Shown here: positions 38,731 to 48,621 of the stretch, piece by piece
Numbering within the stretch: position 1 is the first letter of the stretch
How the letters are laid out: each line of letters begins with the position of its first letter
Assembly: GCA_014381725.1 (NCBI GenBank)
Contig: JACNLC010000052.1
Location: forward strand, 744-64,743
Source of the DNA: Fidelibacterota bacterium
GTDB lineage: Bacteria; Fidelibacterota; Marinisomatia; SCGC-AAA003-L08; JACNLC01
Reading direction: 5' to 3'
Length of the DNA: 64,000 nt
Notes under the pieces: model-generated
What the model was told of the DNA's origin: nothing
Database searches by the model: none
What the model saw: only the letters and a program-made list of their open reading frames with translations
Position numbers and translations under genes: made by a program

Positions 38731-39530
38731 TATTTTCCCTCCTTTGGTGGAGTTTTAATATCACCCAATTCATAGAAATCAAACATATTGTCTGCCATCC
38801 ATTCGTTTGATTGAATCGGGGTCATTTTCCAACCAGAAGGACAATTAGAAACAATTTCCACAAAACTAGTTCCTCCTTTGCCTTCTATCTGATATTTGAA
38901 AGCATTCATTAGTGCTTTTTTAGTTTTACGAACTGCCTTTGCAGTGTGAACCGACTGACGAGTTACATAATATGCTCCCTCCAAAATAGCCAACATATTT
39001 GCGATTTTCAATGGATGACCCATTAAATCGAGATTTCGTCCTTCAGGACTTGTAGAAGTTTTTGCACCTTCTAGTGTTGTCGGAGCCATTTGACCACCGG
39101 TCATTCCATAAATTCCGTTATTAACAAAAATTATAACTATATTTTCACCACGGTTAACAGTATGAATAGTTTCTGCAGTTCCAATTGCAGCTAAATCTCC
39201 ATCACCTTGATATGTAAACAAAATTTTATCGTTGAATATTCGTTTGATTCCAGTTGCGCAGGCAGTTGCTCTTCCGTGAGCTGCTTCTTGCATATCCACA
39301 TTCAAATAGTTATAAGCTAACACGGAGCAACCAACAGGAGCAATTCCAATAGTTCTGTCGGTAATGCCCAGTTCTTCTACCACTTCCATTATCAACCGAT
39401 GAGCAACAGAATGTCCACATCCCGGACAATAATGGTTTGGAACATCAAATAAAATACTCGGTTTTTCCCATACTTTTTCCATATTTTCTGTTTTCTTAAA
39501 AGTTGGAGTTGAAATTGTATTTTCAGCCAC
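38730..39530 (-). CDS. 2-oxoacid:ferredoxin oxidoreductase, beta (TPP-binding) subunit
   Basis: YCPGCGHS near the N-terminus, GDGDLAAIG (TPP/Mg motif), NNGIYGMTGGQ. Confidence 0.9.
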   Translation of the reverse strand: MAENTISTPTFKKTENMEKVWEKPSILFDVPNHYCPGCGHSVAHRLIMEVVEELGITDRTIGIAPVGCSVLAYNYLNVDMQEAAHGRATACATGIKRIFNDKILFTYQGDGDLAAIGTAETIHTVNRGENIVIIFVNNGIYGMTGGQMAPTTLEGAKTSTSPEGRNLDLMGHPLKIANMLAILEGAYYVTRQSVHTAKAVRKTKKALMNAFKYQIEGKGGTSFVEIVSNCPSGWKMTPIQSNEWMADNMFDFYELGDIKTPPKEGK

Positions 39531-39532
39531 TG

Positions 39533-40618
39533 TTACACCTCCATTTTTGTTTTTGTGTGAGCAGAATATAACTCACGAATTTTAGATAAAATGGCATCAG
39601 GTTGAGGAATCATTCCACCCATTCGACCGTAGAAATCAACCGATACTTTTCCGTTTACAGCAAGTTTAACATCTTCTAACATCTGCCCAGCATTCATTTC
39701 AACTACGAGCATTCCTTTAACTTGGTCAGCCAATTTATTCAAAATATCATACGGATAAGGATATAAAGTAATTGGTCGAAGAAGACCAACTTTAAGTCCT
39801 TCTTCCCTAGCTAATTCTAGTGCTTTGTGACAAACTCTTGAAGATAATCCAAATGCAACAATCAAGAAATCAGCATCTTCCGTTTCAATAGTTTCATAAC
39901 GGACTTCGTTTTTTTCAATTTCTCTATATTTTTTCTGAAGTTTGAGGTTGATTTGTTCCATTTGTTCGGACTGTAAGTGAAGAGAAGTTATCACATTTTG
40001 CTTGCGACCATTTTCTCTCCCGGTAGTTGCCCAAGGTTTATCAACTAAATGTTCATCCAAATTATATTCAGGAAATTGAACAGATTCCATCATTTGTCCA
40101 AGTGCTCCATCGGTAAGAATCATAGTTGGAGTTCTATATTTATCTGCAAGGTCAAATCCCAAATAAGTAAAATCAGCCATTTCTTGAACACTATTCGGAG
40201 CTAAAACAATCATTTTGTAATCACCGTGCCCACCACCTTTTACTGCTTGAAAATAATCGCCTTGTGAAGGTTGAATGGTTCCAAGTCCTGGTCCACCTCG
40301 CATTACATTAACCAAAAAACAAGGAAGTTCTGCGCAGGCAATGTAGGAAATTGCTTCTTGCATCAAACTAAATCCCGGACCACTGGTGCTTGTCATTGTT
40401 CTTGCACCTGCACCGGAAGCGCCATAAACCATATTTATTGCGGCAACTTCGCTTTCCGCTTGGACAAAAGCACCACCTCGTTTTGGAAGTTCACTAGACA
40501 TATATTCCAATAATTCAGATTGAGGAGTAATCGGATATCCGTAATATCCCTGAACACCGGCACGAATCGCCGCTTCTGCGATTGCCTCGTTCCCTTTCAT
40601 TAATAATTTTTTACTCAT
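39533..40618 (-). CDS. 2-oxoacid:ferredoxin oxidoreductase, alpha subunit
   Basis: LMKGNEAIAEAAIRAG...YPITPQSE...SEVAAINMVYGASGAGARTMTSTSGPG. Confidence 0.9.
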   Translation of the reverse strand: MSKKLLMKGNEAIAEAAIRAGVQGYYGYPITPQSELLEYMSSELPKRGGAFVQAESEVAAINMVYGASGAGARTMTSTSGPGFSLMQEAISYIACAELPCFLVNVMRGGPGLGTIQPSQGDYFQAVKGGGHGDYKMIVLAPNSVQEMADFTYLGFDLADKYRTPTMILTDGALGQMMESVQFPEYNLDEHLVDKPWATTGRENGRKQNVITSLHLQSEQMEQINLKLQKKYREIEKNEVRYETIETEDADFLIVAFGLSSRVCHKALELAREEGLKVGLLRPITLYPYPYDILNKLADQVKGMLVVEMNAGQMLEDVKLAVNGKVSVDFYGRMGGMIPQPDAILSKIRELYSAHTKTKMEV

Positions 40619-40634
40619 AATTATCCTTTAATTT

Positions 40635-40901
40635 CTAAACACTAACGGTCTGTATTTTTTCTACTGATTTACTTTTTTTCTTAAGATTCTCTCTATATAC
40701 TGTGATGATAGCTTCAGGACAAACTAGTGCACAATTAGTGCAACCTGTACAAGTGTCGTTTGTCATCTCGGCATAACGATATCCTTTTTGATTAATTTTA
40801 TCTGAGAGAACTAATGTGTCTTGCGGACATTCGTGAACACATAAATCACATCCTTTACAATACTCGATTTTTATCGAGACAAATCCTTTTACTTTTGCCA
40901 T
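40635..40901 (-). CDS. 2-oxoacid:ferredoxin oxidoreductase, delta (2x[4Fe-4S] ferredoxin-like) subunit
   Basis: Two CxxCxxCxxxCP motifs: CKGCDLCVHECP and CTGCTNCALVCP. The delta-alpha-beta-gamma order matches oorDABC-type enzymes. Confidence 0.85.
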   Translation of the reverse strand: MAKVKGFVSIKIEYCKGCDLCVHECPQDTLVLSDKINQKGYRYAEMTNDTCTGCTNCALVCPEAIITVYRENLKKKSKSVEKIQTVSV

Positions 40902-41199
40902 AAAATATTCCTTTATAGTGAAAATTTCATTACTAATATAAGATTGTAATTTACGATTGTTCCGATATGTATTGTTGGATTTTTTGGATGATTTATATAT
41001 CTATTAAAATCTAATTTATTTTTGTCAGTGATTGACTAATATCACAATATCTCTCTTAAGTCAGATTTACTTTGTCTTTACCAAGTTGAATTCCCGCTTT
41101 TTGGGACCATCTTAGATGGATTCCACCGTGTTAATCTGGATTTGCAGGATGAGTTGATTTTCAAGATTATCAAAAAGTTTTTCATCTTGTTCATAGTTT

Positions 41200-41242
41200 A
41201 ATCCTGCCTGCCCGGTAAGGAGCTTGCGACTGTACAGGGATT
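41200..41242 (-). other. GC-rich inverted-repeat element directly after the FAD-oxidoreductase stop (terminator-like hairpin without U-tract, or structured RNA)
   Basis: Plus strand AATCCTG-cctgcccggtaaggagcttgcgactgta-CAGGGATT. It is locally far more GC-rich than its surroundings and contains the palindromic CTGTACAG. Confidence 0.3.
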
Positions 41243-41252
41243 ATGACTATTT

Positions 41253-42365
41253 TTACATTGTATTTTCTATATACTCTCCAAAAGCTAAGGAACTAGTCAA
41301 CCCTGGGCTTTCTATTCCCAACAGACTTATCCAACCATCATCCTGTTGTTTTATAACAAAATCTTTTTGAGGCTCATTCTCTTCATAAAGTTTCGTTCTA
41401 ATTCCAACCATATCAGGAATTATTTCATAGTCTTTAAGCGATTTCCAGTATTGCTCTACATTTTCTCTAAAAATATTTTCTACATTGTCAAACTGTGAAT
41501 AATTTTCTACATTGTCCTCCAAATATACAGCATCTGGTCCCAATTTTACTTCTCCATTTAGTCCAGTAATTGTATGAATTCCTAAAAATGTTTCAGTTGG
41601 CAACGGATAAACAAGATGATTTAAAGTATTTCGTGCATCTGGCACCTGAAAAAAATGCCCTTTACAAAAATGGATTCTTTCGTCAACTTGATATCCTGCT
41701 TTTTGAGAGACTTCATCGGCATACAGTCCAGCTGAATTTACCACTTTTTGAGTAGTAATTTTGGTGAGTCCTTCTTGCATAGACTTCAAAGTAAGTTTGA
41801 ATCCGTTAGAAATTTTATGGGATGAAAGGAATTTTGTTTCTGGAAGAAAATGACCACCTAACATTTTGAATTGAGCTAAGAGGACATCCATCAAACGATC
41901 TGCAGATACTATTCCGGATTCTTCACTAAATATCGCTTTAACACAATTGATATTTGGTTCAATTACTCTTACTTCTTCTTGAGTTAGGGTTGTAAGTCCT
42001 TCGACTCCTTTTTCTATTGCATTGTTGAAAAGTGAATCTAATTTATCAATTTGAGAGTTATCTGTAGCAACAATAAGTTTCCCTATTTTTTTGTGGGGAA
42101 TTCCATGTTTTTCCAATAATGGATATAGTAATCTTCTACCTTTAATACATAATTTGGATTTTAGCCAATTCTTCGGATAATAAATTCCTGCGTGGATAAC
42201 TTCGCTATTTCTACTAGATATTCCTTGTCCGTGTTTGGAATTTTTCTCGATGACCACAATTGACCAATTAGGATATTTTCTTATAAAATATTCACCTATC
42301 GCCAAACCAACAACACCGGCTCCGATAATGACTAAATCAAAGTTTGGTTTATCACTTTTTTCCAT
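41253..42365 (-). CDS. FAD-dependent oxidoreductase (DAO family, LhgO/COG0579-like)
   Basis: DLVIIGAGVVGLAIG (dinucleotide fold), SSRNSEVIHAGIYY, C-terminal GIESPGLTSS. Confidence 0.65.
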   Translation of the reverse strand: MEKSDKPNFDLVIIGAGVVGLAIGEYFIRKYPNWSIVVIEKNSKHGQGISSRNSEVIHAGIYYPKNWLKSKLCIKGRRLLYPLLEKHGIPHKKIGKLIVATDNSQIDKLDSLFNNAIEKGVEGLTTLTQEEVRVIEPNINCVKAIFSEESGIVSADRLMDVLLAQFKMLGGHFLPETKFLSSHKISNGFKLTLKSMQEGLTKITTQKVVNSAGLYADEVSQKAGYQVDERIHFCKGHFFQVPDARNTLNHLVYPLPTETFLGIHTITGLNGEVKLGPDAVYLEDNVENYSQFDNVENIFRENVEQYWKSLKDYEIIPDMVGIRTKLYEENEPQKDFVIKQQDDGWISLLGIESPGLTSSLAFGEYIENTM

Positions 42366-42396
42366 TTATAAAATATACTATTTCCACTTCTCCATT

Positions 42397-43167
42397 TTAC
42401 TTCACCTGTCTTTGCCTTTCAAACAAAATTGCACTAACCGAAGCCGATACATTGAGTGAGTTAATCTTTCCTTTCATCGGAATTGTTGCTAAGAAATCGC
42501 AATCTTTTAAAACTGCTTTGCGGATTCCTTTCCCTTCACTCCCAACCACAATTGCAATTTTTCCTGAATAATCAATTTGATGCCACTGTTTTGCTGAAAT
42601 ACTATTCTCTAAACCAACAATCCAAAATCCATCATCTTTAAGTTGTTTCATCAAATTTCTAATGTTTACAACCTTGAAAATCGGTAAATGAATAAATGCT
42701 CCTTGACTAACTTGCAAAACGGTATTCGTAATACCTGCGCTATGATGCTCCGGAATAGCAATTCCTTCAATTCCAGCACATTCTGCAGTTCGCATTATTT
42801 GACCTAAATTCTGTGGGTCTTCAATATTATCAGCAATTAGTATGCAGATATTGCCTTTAGCATTTTTGAATGATGGCACATTTTGCACAACTTTACCATC
42901 AAAATGGACGACAACTCCCTGAGTTCGTAATCCTTTATATTTTTTCAGAAAAGTTTCTTTATCTAAAACTTGAACTTTCCCCTGATGAAGTTTAATGCTT
43001 GATTGGATTCGTTTTTCGATAATTGCTTTACTATCTTTTTGCAGATGGATGGAATGTATGGAAAATCGCTTTGTTTTAAGGATTTCTGTAACTCCATTCA
43101 GCCCGTAAATCATAAATCCAAATGATTCAGTTGATTTCTTGTTTTTGTATTTTGATTTTTGTCTCAT
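42397..43167 (-). CDS. rlmB: SpoU/TrmH-family 23S rRNA 2'-O-methyltransferase (RlmB-like)
   Basis: N-terminal substrate-binding domain (IYGLNGVTEIL), then SPOUT motifs DNIEDPQNLGQIMRTAE, IVVGSEGKGIR, IPMKGKINSLNVS. Confidence 0.72.
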   Translation of the reverse strand: MRQKSKYKNKKSTESFGFMIYGLNGVTEILKTKRFSIHSIHLQKDSKAIIEKRIQSSIKLHQGKVQVLDKETFLKKYKGLRTQGVVVHFDGKVVQNVPSFKNAKGNICILIADNIEDPQNLGQIMRTAECAGIEGIAIPEHHSAGITNTVLQVSQGAFIHLPIFKVVNIRNLMKQLKDDGFWIVGLENSISAKQWHQIDYSGKIAIVVGSEGKGIRKAVLKDCDFLATIPMKGKINSLNVSASVSAILFERQRQVK

Positions 43168-43279
43168 ATAATATTCTGTAATTTAGTATTCAGTTACTAT
43201 TCGTATATTTCACCGCAGATAATGATACCTAAATTTATGATTTTCAAGGTAGTTTTTCTTAATAAATATGTAAATTGTT

Positions 43280-43660
43280 ATGAGTTCAACACAAATAATA
43301 AGAATTGATAAATGGCTGTGGGCAGTGAGGATTTACAAAACTCGCTCGATGGCGACTGATGCGTGCCATTCTGGAAAAGTGAAAATTGGCGGTAAAAGCG
43401 TAAAACCATCTCGACAAATTAGAATTGGTGAAATCATATCTGTTCAGAAAGATTATGTAAAAAGGCAATATAAAGTCCTAGGATTAATTGAAAAACGAGG
43501 TTCTGCTAAAATTGCTTCAGAAAATGTTGAAGACATCACACCTGAAGAAGAACTTATAAAATTGAAAACTGCAACATCAATTCCTGTAGCAAAACGAGAA
43601 AAGGGTAAAGGGCGACCAACTAAAAAAGAACGACGACAAATGGGAAATATCAAATGGTAG
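43280..43660 (+). CDS. hslR: S4-domain RNA-binding protein, Hsp15 (HslR)-like ribosome-associated heat-shock protein
   Basis: IRIDKWLWAVRIYKTRSMATDACHSGKVKIGGKSVKPS, followed by a basic C-terminal tail. Confidence 0.78.
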   Translation: MSSTQIIRIDKWLWAVRIYKTRSMATDACHSGKVKIGGKSVKPSRQIRIGEIISVQKDYVKRQYKVLGLIEKRGSAKIASENVEDITPEEELIKLKTATSIPVAKREKGKGRPTKKERRQMGNIKW

Positions 43661-44349
43661 CCAAACAATTATTAGGCGAACTTAGGAAGAAATTTTCAGC
43701 TAAACAAAATCCAGATATCGCAAAAGGTCAGCAATCATATATGAAATCTGAAATGCCATTTTGGGGACTTCAAACTCCTGCACGGAGAAAAATCTATCCT
43801 CCAATTTTTAAAAAGTATGCTCCGCAAACAAATTCAGATTACAGAAAAATCATCATTTATATATTTGAGAATGCAAAATATCGCGAAGAATGGTATGCTG
43901 GATTTTCTTATGCTCAACAATTTATGAAATATATCATCGAAGAAAATGTAGATTTATATTTGGATTTGGTTCGTATTACTCAATGGTGGGATTTAGTTGA
44001 TGGAATTGCCACTAATCTCATCGGACCTGCTTTACAAAATTGTGAAAATATGCACACTTACCTGAATAATTGGATTGTTGATGAAAATATGTGGGTTCGT
44101 CGAACTGCAATTTTAACCCAACTAAATTACAAAACCGAAACTGATTTTGATTTACTATCAACATTAATAACTAAAACTTGGCACGAAAAGGAGTTTTTTA
44201 TTCGGAAAGCTATCGGATGGGCATTGCGACAATATTCTTATATTTCATCTGAATCTGTAATCGATTTTATCAATAATAATCAAAATAATTTGTCAACATT
44301 ATCTAAATCTGAGGGATTAAAAGCTCTCAAACGAAAAGGAATAATTTAA
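43654..44349 (+). CDS. DNA alkylation repair protein (AlkD/AlkC-like HEAT-repeat family)
   Basis: QQSYMKSEMPFWGLQTPARRKI and FFIRKAIGWALRQYS are typical of the DNA_alkylation family. 7-nt overlap with hslR. Confidence 0.78.
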   Translation: MVAKQLLGELRKKFSAKQNPDIAKGQQSYMKSEMPFWGLQTPARRKIYPPIFKKYAPQTNSDYRKIIIYIFENAKYREEWYAGFSYAQQFMKYIIEENVDLYLDLVRITQWWDLVDGIATNLIGPALQNCENMHTYLNNWIVDENMWVRRTAILTQLNYKTETDFDLLSTLITKTWHEKEFFIRKAIGWALRQYSYISSESVIDFINNNQNNLSTLSKSEGLKALKRKGII

Positions 44350-45608
44350 TGAAATATCACAAAATAGGATTAATTTTCGTTCTACTTTTAACATTAAACT
44401 GCAGTTATTTTACTCAACACGGACGAGCTTTAAATCGAGCTCAAAAAGCATATCAAACCGGGAGCTATGACACTGCTGTATCAGAATGCGTTTATTCACT
44501 CAAAAATAAACCTGACTATGAAAAAGCTCTACAATTGATGGATGTTGTGTTTCCTGTCGCAGTTAGAACTCATCACAATAAAATTGAACGATTAGAATCA
44601 TCTTCCGAGAAGTTTACCTGGGATAAAATTGTAACTGAATATCAGCGACTTATTCATTTAGTAGATTTAGTAAATTCTCTACTTACTCCTCAAGTTGAAA
44701 CTTGGAAATTTAAAGCTGGAGTAATGGATTACTCAACTCTTATAATCTCCGCAAAAAACAAAGCATCTGAAGTTCATTATCTTGAAGGTAAGAAACTGAT
44801 GTTACAGGATTCAAGAGATTCATACAAAAAAGGAGCTGCTCATTTCAAAACTGCTCAGGAGTTTACTTCAAACTATAAGGATTCTGAATCACTTTATGAT
44901 GAATGTCGCAAATCCGCCTTGATTCAGATTGCAATTCTACCGTTTGAAAATAAATCCGGAAAGAACAAGTATAACGGAATTGGAGAAACTCTGACAAACG
45001 AAATCATATCTAAGTTACTCGCGAATGGCGAAGTAATGGAATTTATAGATATTGTAAGCAGAGACCAGCTGAATTTGATAATTGAGGAACAAAAGTTTTC
45101 TCATTCGGGTTTGGTTGATGATGATTCTATGATTGAATTGGGAAATATTCAAGGAGTTCATCATTTGATAATTGGCGATGTAACTCAAGTTATGGCTACC
45201 AAGCCTAAACGCTCGAAGGACAAGCGAAGAATTACGCGAGATGTTGTGATTGACAAAGAAACTTACAAAGACAATAAAGGTAAAACAAAAAAGCGAAATA
45301 TTTATGGGAAAGTCCACGCGACTTTAACTATTCACGAAATTGTTGTAGATGCTACTGTTACTGCGTCTTACCAAATTATTGATGTTGAAACTTCAAAAAT
45401 ATTATCTTCAGATAATTTAACTGGAACAGCACATTTTGAGCATAATTGGGGAACTTATAGAGGAGATAAACGAGCGTTAGGATATCGAGAAAACTCTTTA
45501 GTCAGAGAAAAAGAAATTGCTCCTCCATCCAAAGAAGAAATGATACTCCGCGCAGGAAACAAATTATCTGATAAATTGATTAATTCGATTACTGATGAGC
45601 TGAAGTGA
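44349..45608 (+). CDS. Lipoprotein with C-terminal CsgG/LpoB-like domain
   Basis: Lipobox LLLTLNC. Helical N-terminal region. C-terminal IAILPFENKSGKNKYNGIGETLTNEIISKLL...VSRDQLNLIIEEQKFSHSGLVDD...GVHHLIIGDVT is the CsgG-family pattern. Confidence 0.6.
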   Translation: MKYHKIGLIFVLLLTLNCSYFTQHGRALNRAQKAYQTGSYDTAVSECVYSLKNKPDYEKALQLMDVVFPVAVRTHHNKIERLESSSEKFTWDKIVTEYQRLIHLVDLVNSLLTPQVETWKFKAGVMDYSTLIISAKNKASEVHYLEGKKLMLQDSRDSYKKGAAHFKTAQEFTSNYKDSESLYDECRKSALIQIAILPFENKSGKNKYNGIGETLTNEIISKLLANGEVMEFIDIVSRDQLNLIIEEQKFSHSGLVDDDSMIELGNIQGVHHLIIGDVTQVMATKPKRSKDKRRITRDVVIDKETYKDNKGKTKKRNIYGKVHATLTIHEIVVDATVTASYQIIDVETSKILSSDNLTGTAHFEHNWGTYRGDKRALGYRENSLVREKEIAPPSKEEMILRAGNKLSDKLINSITDELK

Positions 45609-45660
45609 ATTTCCTATCATAAGCAAAAATTAGATCAGAATACGCTGATAAAATCTGAGA

Positions 45661-46860
45661 TTATGTAACTTCAATTCCTTTTTTGAGGATTTTTGTAATT
45701 TGATTATTTCCGAGCCAATAAGGGATTTCTTCTAGTGAATTGAGATTCCAAAATAGTAAATCTGCTTGATAACCAATTTGGACACAACCAATTCTGTCTT
45801 CTCTATTCAACGATTTTGCTGCAATATAAGTAACTCCTTTGAACGCTTCTTCAATTGTCAATCCACAGTGTAAAACAGCTAAAGACATAGCAATAGTTAA
45901 CGATTGTAATGTAGAAGAACCTGGATTAAAATCTGTAGCAATAGCAACTTCACAACCGGCATCAATAATTTTTCTTCCAGGAGCATAAATGTGGTTTCCT
46001 AAAAACAATGTTGTTCCAGGAAGCAATGTTGCAATCACATTATTCTTTGCCATTGCTTCTATACCATCATCACTTACTGCCATTAAATGATCGGCAGAAA
46101 CTGCACCAACTTCCGATGCCAACTCAGCTGCGCCTGAATTTACAAATTCATCAGCATGTAATCGTGGTTTAAGTCCGTATTTCTTAGCCGTTTCTAAAAT
46201 CTTTCTCGATTGTTCGACAGTAAAATAACCAATTTCACAAAATACATCACAATATTCCGCAAGTTCATTTTCAACAACTGCAGGAATTATTTCATCACAT
46301 ATCAAGTTCACATATCCATCGTGGTCATCTGCAAATTCAGGTGGAAATGCATGAGCTCCTAAAAATGTAGGAATAATATCTAACTCGGATTCTTCATTCA
46401 ATCGCTTAATAATTCTAAGCATTTTAAGCTCGTCGTTTAGATTAAGCCCATAACCAGATTTTGCTTCAATAGTGGTTGTTCCATTTTTGAGAAAACCATC
46501 CATACGATTATAGCTTTCACTAAATAACATATTTTCGTCAGATTGTCTAACGCCTTTTATGGATGATATTATACCACCTCCAGCTTGAGCAATTTCGGAG
46601 TAGGATTTTCCAGCTAATCTCATTTTAAATTCGCTGGCTCTATCTCCACAAAATACGGGATGAGTGTGAGAATCAATGAAACCAGGAGTTATGAAAGCTC
46701 GATTAGCGTTAACTTCATTGTCTGCTTTTTTGACTTTTTTGGCAATTTCAACTATGAAACCATTTTCTATCAAAATTTCTTTTGACGAGCTAGTTACAAC
46801 TTTTTGATCTTTTTCTGACCAAGTAGCAAATGCACCTATATTTGTGATTTTAGTTTTCAT
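45661..46860 (-). CDS. hutI: Imidazolonepropionase
   Basis: [26 protein letters not shown] (amidohydrolase metal ligands). Confidence 0.9.
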   Translation of the reverse strand: MKTKITNIGAFATWSEKDQKVVTSSSKEILIENGFIVEIAKKVKKADNEVNANRAFITPGFIDSHTHPVFCGDRASEFKMRLAGKSYSEIAQAGGGIISSIKGVRQSDENMLFSESYNRMDGFLKNGTTTIEAKSGYGLNLNDELKMLRIIKRLNEESELDIIPTFLGAHAFPPEFADDHDGYVNLICDEIIPAVVENELAEYCDVFCEIGYFTVEQSRKILETAKKYGLKPRLHADEFVNSGAAELASEVGAVSADHLMAVSDDGIEAMAKNNVIATLLPGTTLFLGNHIYAPGRKIIDAGCEVAIATDFNPGSSTLQSLTIAMSLAVLHCGLTIEEAFKGVTYIAAKSLNREDRIGCVQIGYQADLLFWNLNSLEEIPYWLGNNQITKILKKGIEVT

Positions 46861-48527
46861 ATTGTCTCTTTGTCCATCATCGGAATTTTTAGATTTCTAT
46901 CTTTTGCGACTGATATTGCTTTTTCATATCCAGCATCAGCATGTCGCATTACACCAGTACCTGGATCATTTGTCAGAACTCTGTTAATTCTCTCTTTCAT
47001 TTGAGGAGTACCATCAGCTACAATTACTAATCCTGAGTGAATCGCTAGACCCATTCCTACACCTCCTCCGTGATGGATTGATGTCCAGCTTGTACCTCCA
47101 GCTGTGCTTAGTAGTCCGTTTAAAATTGGCCAATCTGCAACTGCATCTGAGCCATCTTTCATTGCTTCTGTTTCTCGGTTCGGAGACGCAACAGAACCTG
47201 CATCTAAATGATCTCTCCCTATCACTATTGGAGCTTTTAATTCTCCTGATGCAACCATATCGTTTATTGCTTCTCCAAATAGATTTCTTTCTCTATATCC
47301 TAGCCAACAAATTCGTGCTGGTAATCCTTGGAATTGCACTTTTTTCTGAGCCATTGTAATCCAGCGTTTTAGTGCAATATCCTCTGGAAATAACTCAAGT
47401 ACTTTTGCATCAGTTTTGTAGATGTCTTCAGGATCTCCCGATAATGCTAACCAACGAAATGGTCCTTTCCCTTCGCAAAACAATTGGCGGACATAAGCAG
47501 GTACAAAACCGGGATAATCGAATGCGTTTTCTATCCCTGCATTATCTTTTGCCTGTCCTCTAAGATTATTTCCATAATCAAAAGCAATTGCCCCCATTTT
47601 CTGTAAATCAAGCATTGCTTGGCAATGAACACCCATCGATTTATATGACATTTCAATATATTTTTTCGGATTACTTTTTTGGAGTTTCATCGCTTCTACA
47701 AAAGATAACCCGTGAGGTACATATCCGTTTAATTCATCGTGGGCTGATGTTTGGTCTGTCAATATATCCGGAACGATTCCTCTTTTAACAAATTCAGGGA
47801 GGACATCTGCAGTATTCCCAAGTAATCCAATAGATAGGGCCTTGCCTTTTTCCTTTGCATCCAATGCTAATTTTATTGCATCATCGATATTATCAGTATG
47901 TGTGTCTAAGTAAGCAGTATCCAATCTTCGTTGAATACTATGTGGGTTAACTTCAACTGTGATGTTAACTCCTTCATTCATCGTTACAGCTAGAGGTTGA
48001 GCACCGCCCATCCCTCCAAGTCCACCTGTAAGAGTTAAAGTGTGTTTTAGAGTTCCACCAAAATGTTGATTAGCAACTTCAGCTAAAGTCTCATAGGTGC
48101 CTTGTAGAATTCCCTGTGTTCCGATGTAAATCCAACTTCCAGCAGTCATTTGACCATACATCATTAAACCAATTTTGTCGAGTTCTCTAAAATGCTTCCA
48201 ATTAGCCCAATTTGGTACTAACATCGAATTTGATATAAGTACCCTTGGAGCCCAATTATGAGTTTTGAACACACCAACAGGTTTACCTGATTGAACCAAT
48301 AGTGTTTCATCATTCTCTAATTCTTTAAGCGATTTAAGAATGGCATCGAAACATTCCCAATTCCGAGCAGCTTTCCCGTAACCGCCATACACAATAAGTT
48401 CATCTGGATTTTCTGCAACATCCGGATCTAAATTATTTTGTAACATTCGGTAAGCAGCCTCTTGGTGCCACCCTTTACACACCAACTTTATTCCTTGAGG
48501 TGATTTAACTTTACGAGAATGTGCCAT
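46857..48527 (-). CDS. hutU: Urocanate hydratase
   Basis: [39 protein letters not shown]. 4-nt overlap with hutI. Confidence 0.93.
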   Translation of the reverse strand: MAHSRKVKSPQGIKLVCKGWHQEAAYRMLQNNLDPDVAENPDELIVYGGYGKAARNWECFDAILKSLKELENDETLLVQSGKPVGVFKTHNWAPRVLISNSMLVPNWANWKHFRELDKIGLMMYGQMTAGSWIYIGTQGILQGTYETLAEVANQHFGGTLKHTLTLTGGLGGMGGAQPLAVTMNEGVNITVEVNPHSIQRRLDTAYLDTHTDNIDDAIKLALDAKEKGKALSIGLLGNTADVLPEFVKRGIVPDILTDQTSAHDELNGYVPHGLSFVEAMKLQKSNPKKYIEMSYKSMGVHCQAMLDLQKMGAIAFDYGNNLRGQAKDNAGIENAFDYPGFVPAYVRQLFCEGKGPFRWLALSGDPEDIYKTDAKVLELFPEDIALKRWITMAQKKVQFQGLPARICWLGYRERNLFGEAINDMVASGELKAPIVIGRDHLDAGSVASPNRETEAMKDGSDAVADWPILNGLLSTAGGTSWTSIHHGGGVGMGLAIHSGLVIVADGTPQMKERINRVLTNDPGTGVMRHADAGYEKAISVAKDRNLKIPMMDKETI

Positions 48528-48621
48528 ATTAAATATATCTCCAAAATATTAGATTGTATAAGAAAGTACAGTAAATACTAGTGGATAATTTACGCAGATT
48601 TTAGAATTTGAAATAAAGGAA

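Noticed and set aside
41028-41045. GTGAT-N8-ATCAC dyad upstream of the OFOR operon, as a CRP/FNR-type site
   Set aside because: It has only 5-bp arms and the wrong spacing for the TGTGA-N6-TCACA consensus. In AT-rich DNA such short dyads occur by chance, so there is not enough support to annotate it.
41078-41194. 38-codon minus-strand ORF (MNKMKNFLIILKINSSCKSRLTRWNPSKMVPKSGNSTW) in the OFOR leader
   Set aside because: No motif, a weak ribosome-binding context, and it overlaps the GC-rich dyads, which are more likely RNA or DNA structure. I kept it only as part of the structured-element finding.
45609-45660. ATCAG-AATACG-CTGAT hairpin between the convergent CsgG-like and hutI genes, as a bidirectional terminator
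   Set aside because: The stem is only 5 bp and the flanking T-runs are weak, so support is too marginal to annotate as a feature.
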